Source: Curvularia clavata (Eukaryota). From it: a stretch of DNA of 64,000 nt. The position numbers and the translations under genes are program-made. The notes below the pieces were generated by a model that saw nothing but the letters and a program-made list of their open reading frames with translations, did no database searches and was not told where the DNA came from. Positions within the stretch are counted from its first letter, which is position 1, and every line of letters starts with the position of its first letter. The DNA lies in contig CP089277.1 of the NCBI GenBank assembly GCA_023920165.1, positions 3,162,001 through 3,226,000 on the forward strand, read 5' to 3'. Positions 27,221-38,585 of the stretch are shown piece after piece.

Positions 27221-27795
27221 ATGGCTCGCGGAAACTCACCCCAGACTCAGGTCTTCTACAAGGGCAGCAACGGCGATCAGTTTTGCGTCTTCGTAGAGAG
27301 CGAGGAGCTTCTCAAGAAGTGGAAGGGCGACAGCACCATTCCTATGACTGACGTTGTCGCTGGCTGGAAGATCATGGTTCCTGAGTAGGTTATCCCTTTG
27401 GTCCCGCGTCTCGCGCCAGGTGAAGCTGGAGGGTTGTTTGTTCTACCCAAACAACAGCCTCTACTGCGTTCTGGAATATGAAAGATTTCCTCAGTTGAAA
27501 ATGGAAATCAAGATTGAGCATCTCAGCTAACAATGCTCAACCAGGCACGGCAAGCAAGGCATCCTCAACACTGCCAGCAAGGGCCAGCTTGAGAACGAGT
27601 TCGGCACCAGCAACGAAGACGAGGTCATGAAGAAGATCCTCACCGATGGCAGCGTCCAGTCCACCGATGTACGTAACTCCCTTCCTTCACTCTCTTCTCC
27701 AGCGTGTATTCTGCTTGCTAACATACTCTTGCAAACAGAACTCTGAGCGCATCGGCATCACCAACGAAACTATGGGTGCACGTGTCGCCCACTAA
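27221..27795 (+). CDS. RTC3: Rtc3/YHR087W-like small SBDS N-terminal-domain protein
   Basis: MARGNSPQTQVFYKG..F.VFVES..LKKWKGDSTIP..DVV.GWKI|HGKQGILNTASKGQLENEFGT..EDEV.KKIL..G|NSERIGITNETMGARVAH*. Introns 27385-27544 and 27669-27738. Confidence 0.88.
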
Positions 27796-28527
27796 ATACA
27801 TTCTACTACTTTGCTTCTTCTAGAAGCACCGACGATGACTCGACTTCTTTACGACTTCGATATGATATCACGATTTTTGAGAGGGCAGCTTGCTTTTGGC
27901 CTGGAATCGGTCGACATGCTGAGGGAACAAATATGTAGCCTGCGAAGCCTGTGCTGAAAAGCCAGACTTTTGCGCCCGATTACTACTTATAAGAATTTTA
28001 GCTTCTGGATGAAAATGCTAAATAATTGTCCACATTTTGCTTCGCTAATAAAAATCTCGTGATGCATTGACCTGCAAATTGTAATGTGAATGATAGCAGA
28101 CTTGGTGGATTAGCTGTATATGTATGCACTGCCTCGGCAAATAGTTCCATCTAAACAGCCGCTGTTGATCTTGAGTAACTTGCCTCAAGCATTGAAATGC
28201 CGTCTCAAAGGGTTTTGAACGTGCTTCTAATATACGTCTTGCAGGAACCTAAAGGACTGACTGTCCACCGTACCAATCCGTAGGTGAAGACACATATTAC
28301 GTGATTCACTCCTGCTAACTTTGTCTAGTACTGAATTGCTCTCACGTCAAGCAATCATTCAATATTAATGATAAACACATCTTCAACATCAACATTGATA
28401 CTTAGGAATCATTCTCTGTCCCGAACGGTTGGATTACCTTGATTTTTCAGGAGATGTGATATATCACGTGACTCTATGTAGAGCACCTCGTAGTAAAAAG
28501 AAAGTGGGTAAAGCAAAACGGTACATC

Positions 28528-30032
28528 TTAATACGAACACTTCCCACAGTACCCGCAGCCCTCGGCCGAGCAAGCAGTGTAATCCGGCTCAGCATCCGAA
28601 TCGTCGTCGACATCACCATCACCACCGTTGCCAACCTCCCAATCACCCTCGTCAACCAAAGAATCCGACCGCCTCACCTCCGCAACCTGCCCGCCACTAG
28701 CCCACCTCTCACTCAAGTCCTCCGGCAACGTTGGCACACCCACCCCAAACTGCTCCCTAATCTCCACCCTACCCGGCCCCGGACAATACACTTCCATTAG
28801 CTTACCTTCATTCTCCCTCGCTACTTTACATATCTCACTCAGCAGCACCGCAAAACGCTTAACCCCCTCTGTGTTCTCCTTCACCCACGACTGTACGTCT
28901 TTGGTGACATTTTTCACGCTGATGTCATTGAAGAGGCCTGCGCCGTTGTGGTATGCCAGGATGAAGTTTGGGATTTGTTTGAGCCAGAGGAGCGGGTAAA
29001 TGTCGTTCATGTCGATGGGGAATCTGGAGCGCGATGAGCGGGTTTTGAGGTCAAAGATGGAGGCTTGGGGGATGGGGTGGCCAGCTTTCTGGATGGTCAA
29101 AGGGGTTGCCCCGGTAGTGGCGGCGTTGCTGGGGTTTCCGAGCGATGGAGTAAGGGAGACGGAGTGAAGGGCGGAGAGTATGTCGGTGTCGTCTTTGACG
29201 TGCTTGCGAGATGCAGAGGCGTCTTCAGCAGAGGAGTTCCCTCCAGTAAGGGAGTCACTGATGTATCCGTCGCTCTCAAAACGCACGAGGCATTGCATTC
29301 CACCAAACGTGTATCTGACGATACGTTGGTGGGATACTGAGTCCTTGAAATCGCCCCAGGTCGTGTAGGCTTCTGGGAATGTGTGTCCAAAGCCTCTGAC
29401 CCCTTCAATGAGCTCTTTGGGGTCGTTCTCTTTGCGGACGAAGAATACAGTGTTTCCGATGACTTCGACATTGAAGCGGAAGGCTTTGTCTACATCACGA
29501 GCGAAGCGGAGGAGGTTCCCGAGGGTACTACCACAAGCGAAGAGATCAATGCCTAATGTGGGGTATTCGGGCTCTTGTTCCAGTACGGCGCGGACGACAG
29601 GTGCCATGGGGCACGATGGATACATTGCAGCGTTCAAGTCGCGGAAGTACTGGCCACTGTCTTCTTTCAGACGCTGTGGGGTTCCTAGAGGCGTCCATTT
29701 TGGAGGCTTGCCTGGTAAGGGCTTTTAGAATGTAGGTAAGTCATAAGGGGATGGAGTTGCTCACCCGGTATGACAATGGTGGGGGTTTGGTCGTTGAGCC
29801 AATTGTAGGATGAGACGTACTGGCAATCAGTTATCTCTCCCGTAAGTGCTGCATCCTTGGCGTCTATGACGAGATCTGGGGCAAGAATCGTTTTGAGAAG
29901 GCTTCCAAGGGGGTTCTTCTTGATGTCGGGTTTCACTTGTTCTCTGGGCTTATTGAAAGGAACCCTACCGCCATAGCCTCGACCTCGCCGTGGAGCAAGA
30001 CCACCCCTACCGCTACCTGAGAATGAATTCAT
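28528..30032 (-). CDS. Uncharacterised fungal protein with RAI1/DXO-like (PD-(D/E)XK) motifs
   Basis: ATG 30032 (MNSFSGSGRGG, RG-rich), YVSSYNW..TIVIPG|KPPKW (intron ~29765-29712), IDLFACGSTLGNLLRF, GFGHTFPE, SHQRIVRYTFGG..CLVRFESDG, IFDLKTR, YPLLWL, LAYH, C-terminal CSAEGCGYCGKC. From memory this family is often labelled 'geranylgeranyl pyrophosphate synthetase', but no prenyltransferase DDxxD motif is present in the core. The gene is solid; the function is inferred. Confidence 0.75.
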
Positions 30033-30476
30033 TGTGAAGATGTATGTATCGTGCTGGAAAAAACAAGAAGAAAAGTCTGAATTGTGTCTTTCGAGAGCTC
30101 CGGTGCTAAACCTGACGACTTTATGATGCCTGGACAAGGCTGAGGCAATAGTGGCGTGGTTTGCTCAGCTTGCAGATGCAATGGCGTAACGCACCACTCG
30201 TGGGCTTCCCATTTGTCTAGAGCCTACTATGCCGCATAGGCAAACGCATTAGAATGCTTTGCCGCACGAAAATCTGATTGTTCTCTTCCAATCGTTTGCA
30301 CAGCCCGTTATCAGGGAAGTGTCTTTCATGCACTTGGCCATGTGTAACCCTCTCAGCTATTATGCCTTGAATGGTTCAAAAGAGCCAAAGGTCTCCAGAA
30401 ACTGCAGCCGGAAACAATCAACTCCCATCTTTTCTTGCAACAAAATCGTCCTTTTACAGATACCAATCATACACAC

Positions 30477-33400
30477 ATGGCGGACCAGGAGGCTGCAACA
30501 AGACGAGCTGCAGGGCTGACGAAGCTCTTCAACGCCGTCATCTATGGTCACCGCGAACTCAAGACGGCAGCTGATGGCAATCGATTTCTGGAAGCGTTGT
30601 GCTCCCAGGAGGATGCGTCGAAGTGTGTCGAGTGTTTGGTCGCAGCTCCTGCTGGCCTGAGTGCGATCGCAAAGGCGGTTCGCTTCTCTGACGAGGGCGC
30701 TTTCCTCAACGGCCCAGCCTCCGACCTCATTCTGCACCTCTCCCAACCAACCATTAAACAACTCTATGGTGGCCGACTCTTACAGCGCGTTCTAGAACAA
30801 ATTGTGCAACCCCCAACATTTTGGAATACCCTTGTTCAGGCGCATACCGCTCAGCTCCTCTCCGCAAATGGCACGCACGCTTTTGCCTGGCTCCTGCAGG
30901 AGCTGCTGTGCAGTCGCTCTGGTGACATGCCCGATGTGAGAGCCATTGCGGAACAAACGATTACCACTGGGTCGCTCATCAATTCCGAATCTCTGGAAGT
31001 TCGTAATCTAGGACATAAGATCAAGCATGTTCTGCAAAGTACATCCGACGATTCCGTTGACGGCCCTGGTGGCAGGCACGACAACGACTCAGCAGACTAC
31101 CGCAAGATTAGAATCTTGCCAACGTCAGACGAGTTTGTTTCGGACGCGCAGCCGTTCTATAGACAGGCAGATATCGTCGCTTCAGCTGCCCCAGAAAATC
31201 GCAGCCTGATGCACCTCGACAATCAGTTTCGCCTGCTGCGCGAAGACCTTCTGGGTGAATTGCGCAGCGACTTTCAGATTGCCGTCGGTCAGAAGAAAGG
31301 ACGGCGTAAAGTAGTGCTTGAAGGTCTCAAATATGCTGGTATCGACTTTGGTACGGAGAAAAGGCTCAAACCCTGCTCGTTGATGCTTTCTTGTGAAAAG
31401 GGCATCCTTCAGCTTCGTACCTTCAAAAACGTGGCCGATCGCAGAAAGGAACTTGCTAAAAACAAGAATATCTTAAAGCACCAATCTCTTGGCTGTCTCG
31501 TGAGCCAAGGAAGAATTGTCGCTTTTGCGAGTGTCGATCGCGATGAGGACCTTCTTGCTAAGGAACCTCCTGTAGTCGCGCTGCGAATCGCCGACGGTGA
31601 ATCCTTTGGGAAGGCCTTGATGGCCTGCAGAGCCGCCCAGGATCTTTCTTTCGTACAAGTGGACACCGCTGTGTTTGCATATGAGCCAATTCTCAAATGC
31701 CTCCAGTCTCTGACCGAGCTACCGCTTGAAGACCAGCTGCTCAACCTCACACCAGATTCTGCCGAAGCCGTCTCTAGTATCCAGCCCACTCGAGTTATCG
31801 ACGAGATTCGTGATAACTGGGAGCAAGATATACAGGACATCGTCGGAGGCACACAACCCATCAATTTAGATCAAGCTCAAACAGAATCGCTGTTGGCTGG
31901 TCTAATGAAAAGAGTCAGTCTAATACAAGGCCCTCCGGGTACTGGAAAAAGCTTCATCGGTTCGCTCATCGCTAAAATTCTGCACGACTATACCGAGGAC
32001 ACTATACTCATCCTCACTTATACGAATCATGCTCTTGACCAATTCCTCGAGGACATACAAAAGGCCGGTGTGCCGTTTGACTCGATTGTGCGACTTGGCT
32101 CCAAGGCCTCCACTGCTACTCGGGCATTGACCATCAGAGAACAGCCAAATAATTACAGGATGAGCTTTCGAACTCGAAACGAGATCAAAGAACAAAAGGA
32201 CGAGTCTGAAATGTACCGCAATGCTCTCTTTACCAAAGTGACGAGGTTTGCTTCGGCGAAGTTTGGTTACAAAGCTATTCTTGAGTACCTGGAGTTTTCC
32301 GAAGATTCGGAATATTTCGATGCATTCACCGTTCCACAAAGCGAAGACAGTATGACCATCGTCTCAAAGAAGAACAAACAGGTTGACGAATACTACTTGG
32401 TGGAGAGATGGCTTCAAGGCAAGGATGCCGGTATCTTTGCTCACCATGCAGAGCAGTATCATTCCCATATCTGGCAGACCTCACCCCAGTTACGACAAAA
32501 TTTCCAAACCAAGTGGACGAAAGCGATACTGGAAGAGCAGATCGTCGAGATCTCCCATTTGGTCAACAACTACAACACATGTTGTGCCCGGGTTGACAGT
32601 TTGTTTCGCGAGAAGGACTTTCATGCACTCCACGATAAGCGTGTCATTGGATGTACTACGACAGCCGCTGCCATGTACACAGATGAGATCAGGAAAGCAT
32701 CACCTGGTATCATATTGGTGGAGGAAGCTGGAGAAATACTCGAGAGCCATGTGCTGACAGCGCTGTCCCCATCGTCAAAGCAACTCATCTTGATCGGCGA
32801 TCATAAACAACTTCGGCCCAAGGTAAATAACTACGGGTTGACAGTGGAGAAGGGCGATGGATATAACCTCAACGTCTCTTTGTTTGAACGGCTGGTACTT
32901 AGTGGCGTGCCGCATACCACACTCGTCAAACAGCACCGCATGCGCCCCGAAATATCGTCACTTGTCAGGTCCCTCACCTATCCTGAACTTCAAGACGCCG
33001 AGAAAACTCAAGGTCGGCCAGCATTACGCGGCTTCCAAGACACCGTCATGTTTGTATCTCATTCACATCCAGAACTCAATGCAGTACAGATCGCTGATCG
33101 ACGCGATGGTGGTGCAAAATCTAGCAAGGAGAATTCATACGAAGCTGAAATGGTTCTCAAATGCGTGCGGTATCTTGGACAACAAGGATATGGCACAGAA
33201 GAAATCGTGGTCCTGACGCCTTACTTAGGCCAGTTGTATCTGTTGTTGAACACACTAGCCAGAGAAAACGACCCCATATTGAATGACCTGGACTCTCACG
33301 AATTGGTACAAGCGGGTCTGATGACACCTGCAAGCGCAAATATCAATAAGCGCAAGCTGCGTATATCCACCATTGGTAAGTGGTCGCCTCCCATTCGCAG

Positions 33401-36400
33401 CACACTCTAACATTGCTTCAGACAACTATCAAGGCGAAGAAAGTGACATTGTCATCGCCTGTCTCACACGAAGCAATATGGTTGGAGACATCGGCTTCAT
33501 GTCATCTCCTCAGCGAGTGAATGTGTTACTCTCACGAGCGCGGAACGCCCTCATAATGATAGGAAATCCAGATACCTTCATGAATAGCCGCAAAGGCAAA
33601 GATGTATGGATCCCACTCATGAACCAGTTGAAGCGAGATGGTCACATCTATGACGGCTTTCCTATCAAATGCGAACAACATTCAGAGAAGACAGCCCTCT
33701 TGACGAAGAAAGAGGATTTTGACTTGGTGTGCCCAGATGGAGGCTGCTCTGAGCCTTGGTTAGTACAGCCTCAAAGTTATTGGTCAGGACTAACATAAAC
33801 CAGCGGCAAGCTTCTCAAGTGTGGCGTTCATCCCTGCGACAAGAAGTGCCATCGGTTGCAGGATCATTCTAAGGTGGAATGCATGGCTATCGTCTCATCC
33901 ACATGTCTTAACAAGCACACCATCACAAGAAGATGCCATGAAAAAGCTGCAGGGCATTGCAGAAAATGCGAGGCTGAAATAAGAGCGCAGGAAAAGAAAC
34001 GCCAACGAGACCACGAATTGGAGGCGGAACGCCAGGCCAAACAGCGTGCATACGCTGCGCGCCTGGCGAAGATTGAGGAAGAAATTGAGCGCAAGAGGCG
34101 TATCCTACAAGACCAAATCGATGAAAAAGCCCGCCAGCAGGCTTTAGAGCAAAAGGAGCGCGATCTACGCAACCTGCAAGAGAAGATTAACCGGCCTACA
34201 CAGCAACCAGCCTCATCATCTTCGCCACCCAAGCCCTCATCAGACCCACCTAGGAAAGCTAAAACATCACACCAAGACCCTGCAGCGCCCAGCAGGACTG
34301 AGACCCGACCGGACAAGGCTACAGCGAACGGCAATTCTGCTTCTCCGAATCATAGCAACAGCCAGCCCAACGTGAGCAAGAGTGATGCAAAAGATGATTG
34401 GGAATGGCAGAAGAAGTTTGATGGCGCTGACAATAAAGCATTGGACTCTCTGATGCCTATGATAGGTATGTTTCTCTACCTCCACAATGCACACGCGCTA
34501 AACCGTATCAGGACTTGAATCTGTCAAAGAGAAATTCCTTGCAATCAAGGCCAAAATCGACACGGTAGTACGCCAAAATGTATCACTGAAGGGAGAGCGT
34601 TTTGGTGCGGCTCTGCTAGGCAACCCTGGAACTGGTGCGTTGTATATAAGTATGTGGAACGAGATTGCTGATTCACTACAGGCAAAACAACTGTGGCTCG
34701 TTACTACGCCCAATTCCTGGTCGAGGTTGGAGCTCTTCCTGGAGGCGAGTTTTTCGAAAGCTCAGGATCATCACTCGCAAATGATGGTGTATCCGCGTGC
34801 AAAAAGCACATAGATGAAATCCTGGAGAAGGGTGGTGGCGTCTTCTTCATCGACGAAGCATATCAGCTAGTTTCCGGAAACAGCCCTGGTGGCAAAGCAG
34901 TACTGGACTACCTACTTGCAGAAATCGAGAACCTGACTGGCAAAGTTGTGTTCGTGTTGGCAGGCTATCACAAGCAAATGGAGGCCTTCTTCTCCCATAA
35001 TCCCGGAATTCCAAGCCGCATACCAATCCAAATGGAGTTCCAGGACTATGAAGACCACGAGCTACAGCAGATCTTCTGTCAGTACATTGAGAATAAGTAT
35101 CAAGGCAACATGAAGATAGAAGACGGCGTGAATGGTCTCTACGCTCGCATTGTTGCTCGAAGAATCGGTCGGGGTCGAGGTCGTGATGGCTTTGGCAATG
35201 CGCGCGAAGTGCAGAACAAGATTTCACAGATTACAGAGCGCCAGGCAAAGCGTCTGCACCAAGAGCGAAGGGCTGGCGTTATGCCGGATGACTACCTGTT
35301 GACCAAAGAAGATCTGATCGGTCCAGAGCCCAATGCAGTGCTGAAGAACAACGCCGCATGGAAGAAACTCCAAACGCTCATCGGCTTGACCTCTGTCAAG
35401 GAGTCAGTACAGGTTCTCTTCGATGGAATTCAGACGAACTATCAACTTGAATTACGGGAGAAACCCATCATTCAGTATTCTCTGAATCGTTGCTTTATCG
35501 GGTCACCAGGGACAGGTATAGTAGTCCAGCATGGCTATTGTGTAAGTGGGAGCTAATATTTTACAATATAGGAAAGACAAGCGTAGCCAAGCTCTTCGGT
35601 CGTATCTTGGCCGATATTGGGCTTCTATCCAATGGCGAAGTGGAGGTCAAAAACCCAGCAGATTTCATCGATAATGTGGTGGGTGGGTCAGAAGCCAAAA
35701 CGAAGGGTATTCTAGCCTCAACCGTTGGCAAAGTTCTCATCATTGATGAAGCTTATATGCTCGCTGGCGATGGGAAGCCGGATATTTTCAAAATCGCGGT
35801 CATCGATACGATCGTTGCGGAAGTGCAGAGCACCCCAGGCGAAGATCGGTGCGTGCTTTTGCTGGGATACAAGGATCAGATGGAGAATATGTTTCGAGAT
35901 GTCAATCCGGGGCTTGCAAGGCGTTTTCCGCTTGAATCTGCTTTCGTCTTTGAGGATTTCAATGCGGCCGACATTCGTCGTATCTTTGATCTCAAGCTCA
36001 AGGATATCGGGTTTGATGCGACCGATCAGGCAAAGAAGGTAAGAGTTAACATCTGTAACTTTGTATTTTGCTCACACCTTGTGTTCAGGTTGCTATGGAT
36101 GTCATAGAACGTGCCCGCAATCGTCCAAATTTTGGCAATGCGGGAGAGGTCGATATCATCATGGATCGTGCCAAGGCATTACACCAGAAACACATCACCA
36201 CCCGCAAGGTGAAGCAGTTCGGGATCTTTGAGGCCATAGACTTTGATCCAGACTTTGACCGAGGCGAACGGGCCGCAACGAACCTGCAGGCGATGTTCCA
36301 AGATGTTGTGGGCTGTGAGGAGCTCATCAAGCGGTTCCACGGCTACCAGACTACTGTCGCCAACATGAAGTCTCTCGGGATGGATCCTCGCGAGCAGCTT

Positions 36401-37774
36401 CCGTTCACCTTCTTATTCAAAGGACCTCCCGGAACTGGCAAGACGACCACGGCAGCGAAAATGGGAAAGATATTTTACGACATGGGCTTCCTCAGTCAGG
36501 CGAAAGTAGAAGAGTGCTCTGCCACTGACCTCATTGGGCAATATATCGGCCATACCGGGCCCAAGGTGCAAAAGCTTCTAGAGAAGGCAATGGGCAGAGT
36601 ACTCTTCATCGATGAAGCCTATCGGCTTGCTGAGGGACAATTTGCAACAGAAGCTATGGACGAATTGGTCGATTGCCTGACAAAAGAAAGGTTCGCGCAA
36701 AAGCTCATTGTGATTCTGGCTGGTTACGACAAGGACATCGACCGGCTTATGAGCATGAATCCTGGCTTGACTAGTCGTTTCTCAGAAACGATTCAGTTTA
36801 AGCATCTGGAACCAGAAACATGCTTGGAGCTACTGAGAAAAGTGTTCGACAACCTCCGGAAGAAGAAGAATGCGCCGCTCGATATCTCTATCATCGATCC
36901 CCCCTCGGAGCACCTAAAGCAACAGTTGGTCGAGATTTTCAAGAAGCTATCGGTGCTAGAGTCGTGGGGTAACGCCCGCGATGTGAAGTCTCTCGCTAAG
37001 AGCATGTTTCAGAGGCTCATTTCTACAGCTGTCCCTCCCATCTCTAGCCTTGTACTTACCGAAAGTATTATTATCGGTGAAATGGAAGCGATGCTCGTCG
37101 AGCGCACTCAACGCAACGCTGCCATAGGCACAAGTCGCTTCACTACACAGCCGCCTCTGCGGCCAGCACAGCAACCAACAGCGCAAAGTGACCAACCTCC
37201 AGCTAGATCAGGTCCCAGTATTGCAACACATACTACATCTCGACCTGCGCAGACACCGCCGTCTGCAAAGATGAAGATCAACGCACCAGAAGATTCACCA
37301 AAACCAGCGGAGGAGGATCCTCAACCCGCAGCCGAAACCGAAGACGATCTCGAATCTATATTCAAGGCCAAGCGCGACCCAGGAGTATCTGACGAAGACT
37401 GGGAACAACTCGAGCGTGACAAACACGCCATGGTGGCCAAAGAACAAGAGTTCCGTCGTCTACAAGACGAGAAGCGGAAAGAGGAAGAACGCATTAGGGA
37501 ATTCATTCGCGCAGAGAAGGCGGCTGCTGATGAGAAAGAGCGGCGTGTGAGGGAACAAGCACGCATCGCAGCCGAACTAGAAAGAAGACGTCGCGACGAA
37601 GAATTGGCTGCGCTTGAGAGGAAGCGGCAGAAGGAGAGGGAGCGACAGGCTAAAGTGCGCATGCTGGGCCCATGTCCGATGGGTTATATGTGGGTCAGGC
37701 AGTCGCGTGGGTACAGGTGCGCAGGTGGAAGCCACACGCTTTCTGACGATGCTGTTGATGCCTACTGTCGCTGA
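30477..37774 (+). CDS. ZNFX1/Upf1-type SF1 RNA helicase with Cys/His-rich zinc region and three CbbX/SpoVK-type AAA+ domains (~2300 aa)
   Basis: GGRHDND..R.I.ILPT.DE, HLDNQFRLLRED, LIQGPPGTGKS, TYTNHALDQF, VIGCTTT, VEEAGE, LIGDHKQLRP, SLFERL, QHRMRPEI, VLTPYLGQ, STI|DNYQGEESDI, RVNVLLSRAR. Zinc region CPDGGCSEPC..CGVHPC..KCH. Walker A motifs GNPGTG|KTT, GSPGTG|KTS and GPPGTGKTT, each with IDEAY Walker B, NPG..(S/R)R and GNA motifs. C-terminal CPMGY.W..GYRCAGGSH. Introns near 33375-33421, 33759-33803, 34466-34511, 34635-34681, 35516-35571, 36039-36088. Confidence 0.92.
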
Positions 37775-38585
37775 AGATCAGGCGAAGAGTGCGCAAGAAC
37801 TTTCATGGCATTGAGGAATAGGACAGGGGAACTGCGATATTGCTTTCGACATTGCTTGTGTATCCGGCCAATGTAACTACGCGGCTGTATTCCCGTAGAT
37901 ACTTTCAACTGATGATTTTACCGCTATCGCATATAGAGTGTGTGTTTGTTGATTCCATTGGTATGTTCCTCGCAAGCCAGATTTCACCCGAGACCCAAAA
38001 TGGCAGCCATGCTGAAGTGAGCCAATGATATTACGTTGTAGCTATTTTGTGTAGAGGCTTCGTTGGATTTGGGCCGCAACATGACCGGCTGCGCCACGAA
38101 GTGGTAGAGGTCAGAAGCTAGGCGTGACGCGTCCAGTGGCGTCAGCAGTAACCGGCCCTGTGGTGACAATTAGATAAACAGTTTTCATGTGAAGAGGCAA
38201 ATTCTAGATGTAAATTGCATAGAGACGGGTAGAGATTGTTACTGTAATGCGGACTGGCCGTGAGCTACGTGCGAACTACAGAGTGGCGCAGCAGCACAGC
38301 CACATGGTCCTTGATTCGCTGGTGCTCTGGAGCTCTCTGCCGCCACCGTCTTGACGTAACCGCCCAGGAGGCGCCGCAACACCATATGCGGCAGGCTGGG
38401 CAGTCGGCTCCCTGCCTGTTTCTGTTCCATAAAAAGACCGCTCCCTCTGCCCTCGTGCACCAAAATAGACGATACCCCCGCTTTCCTGCTTTGCTTCTCA
38501 TACAGGCGCTCTGTACCTTCGCCGTCTTCGTCTCTCTCTAACATCAACACACATCCAATACCCCGCGAATACGCCTCTTGCAAGC

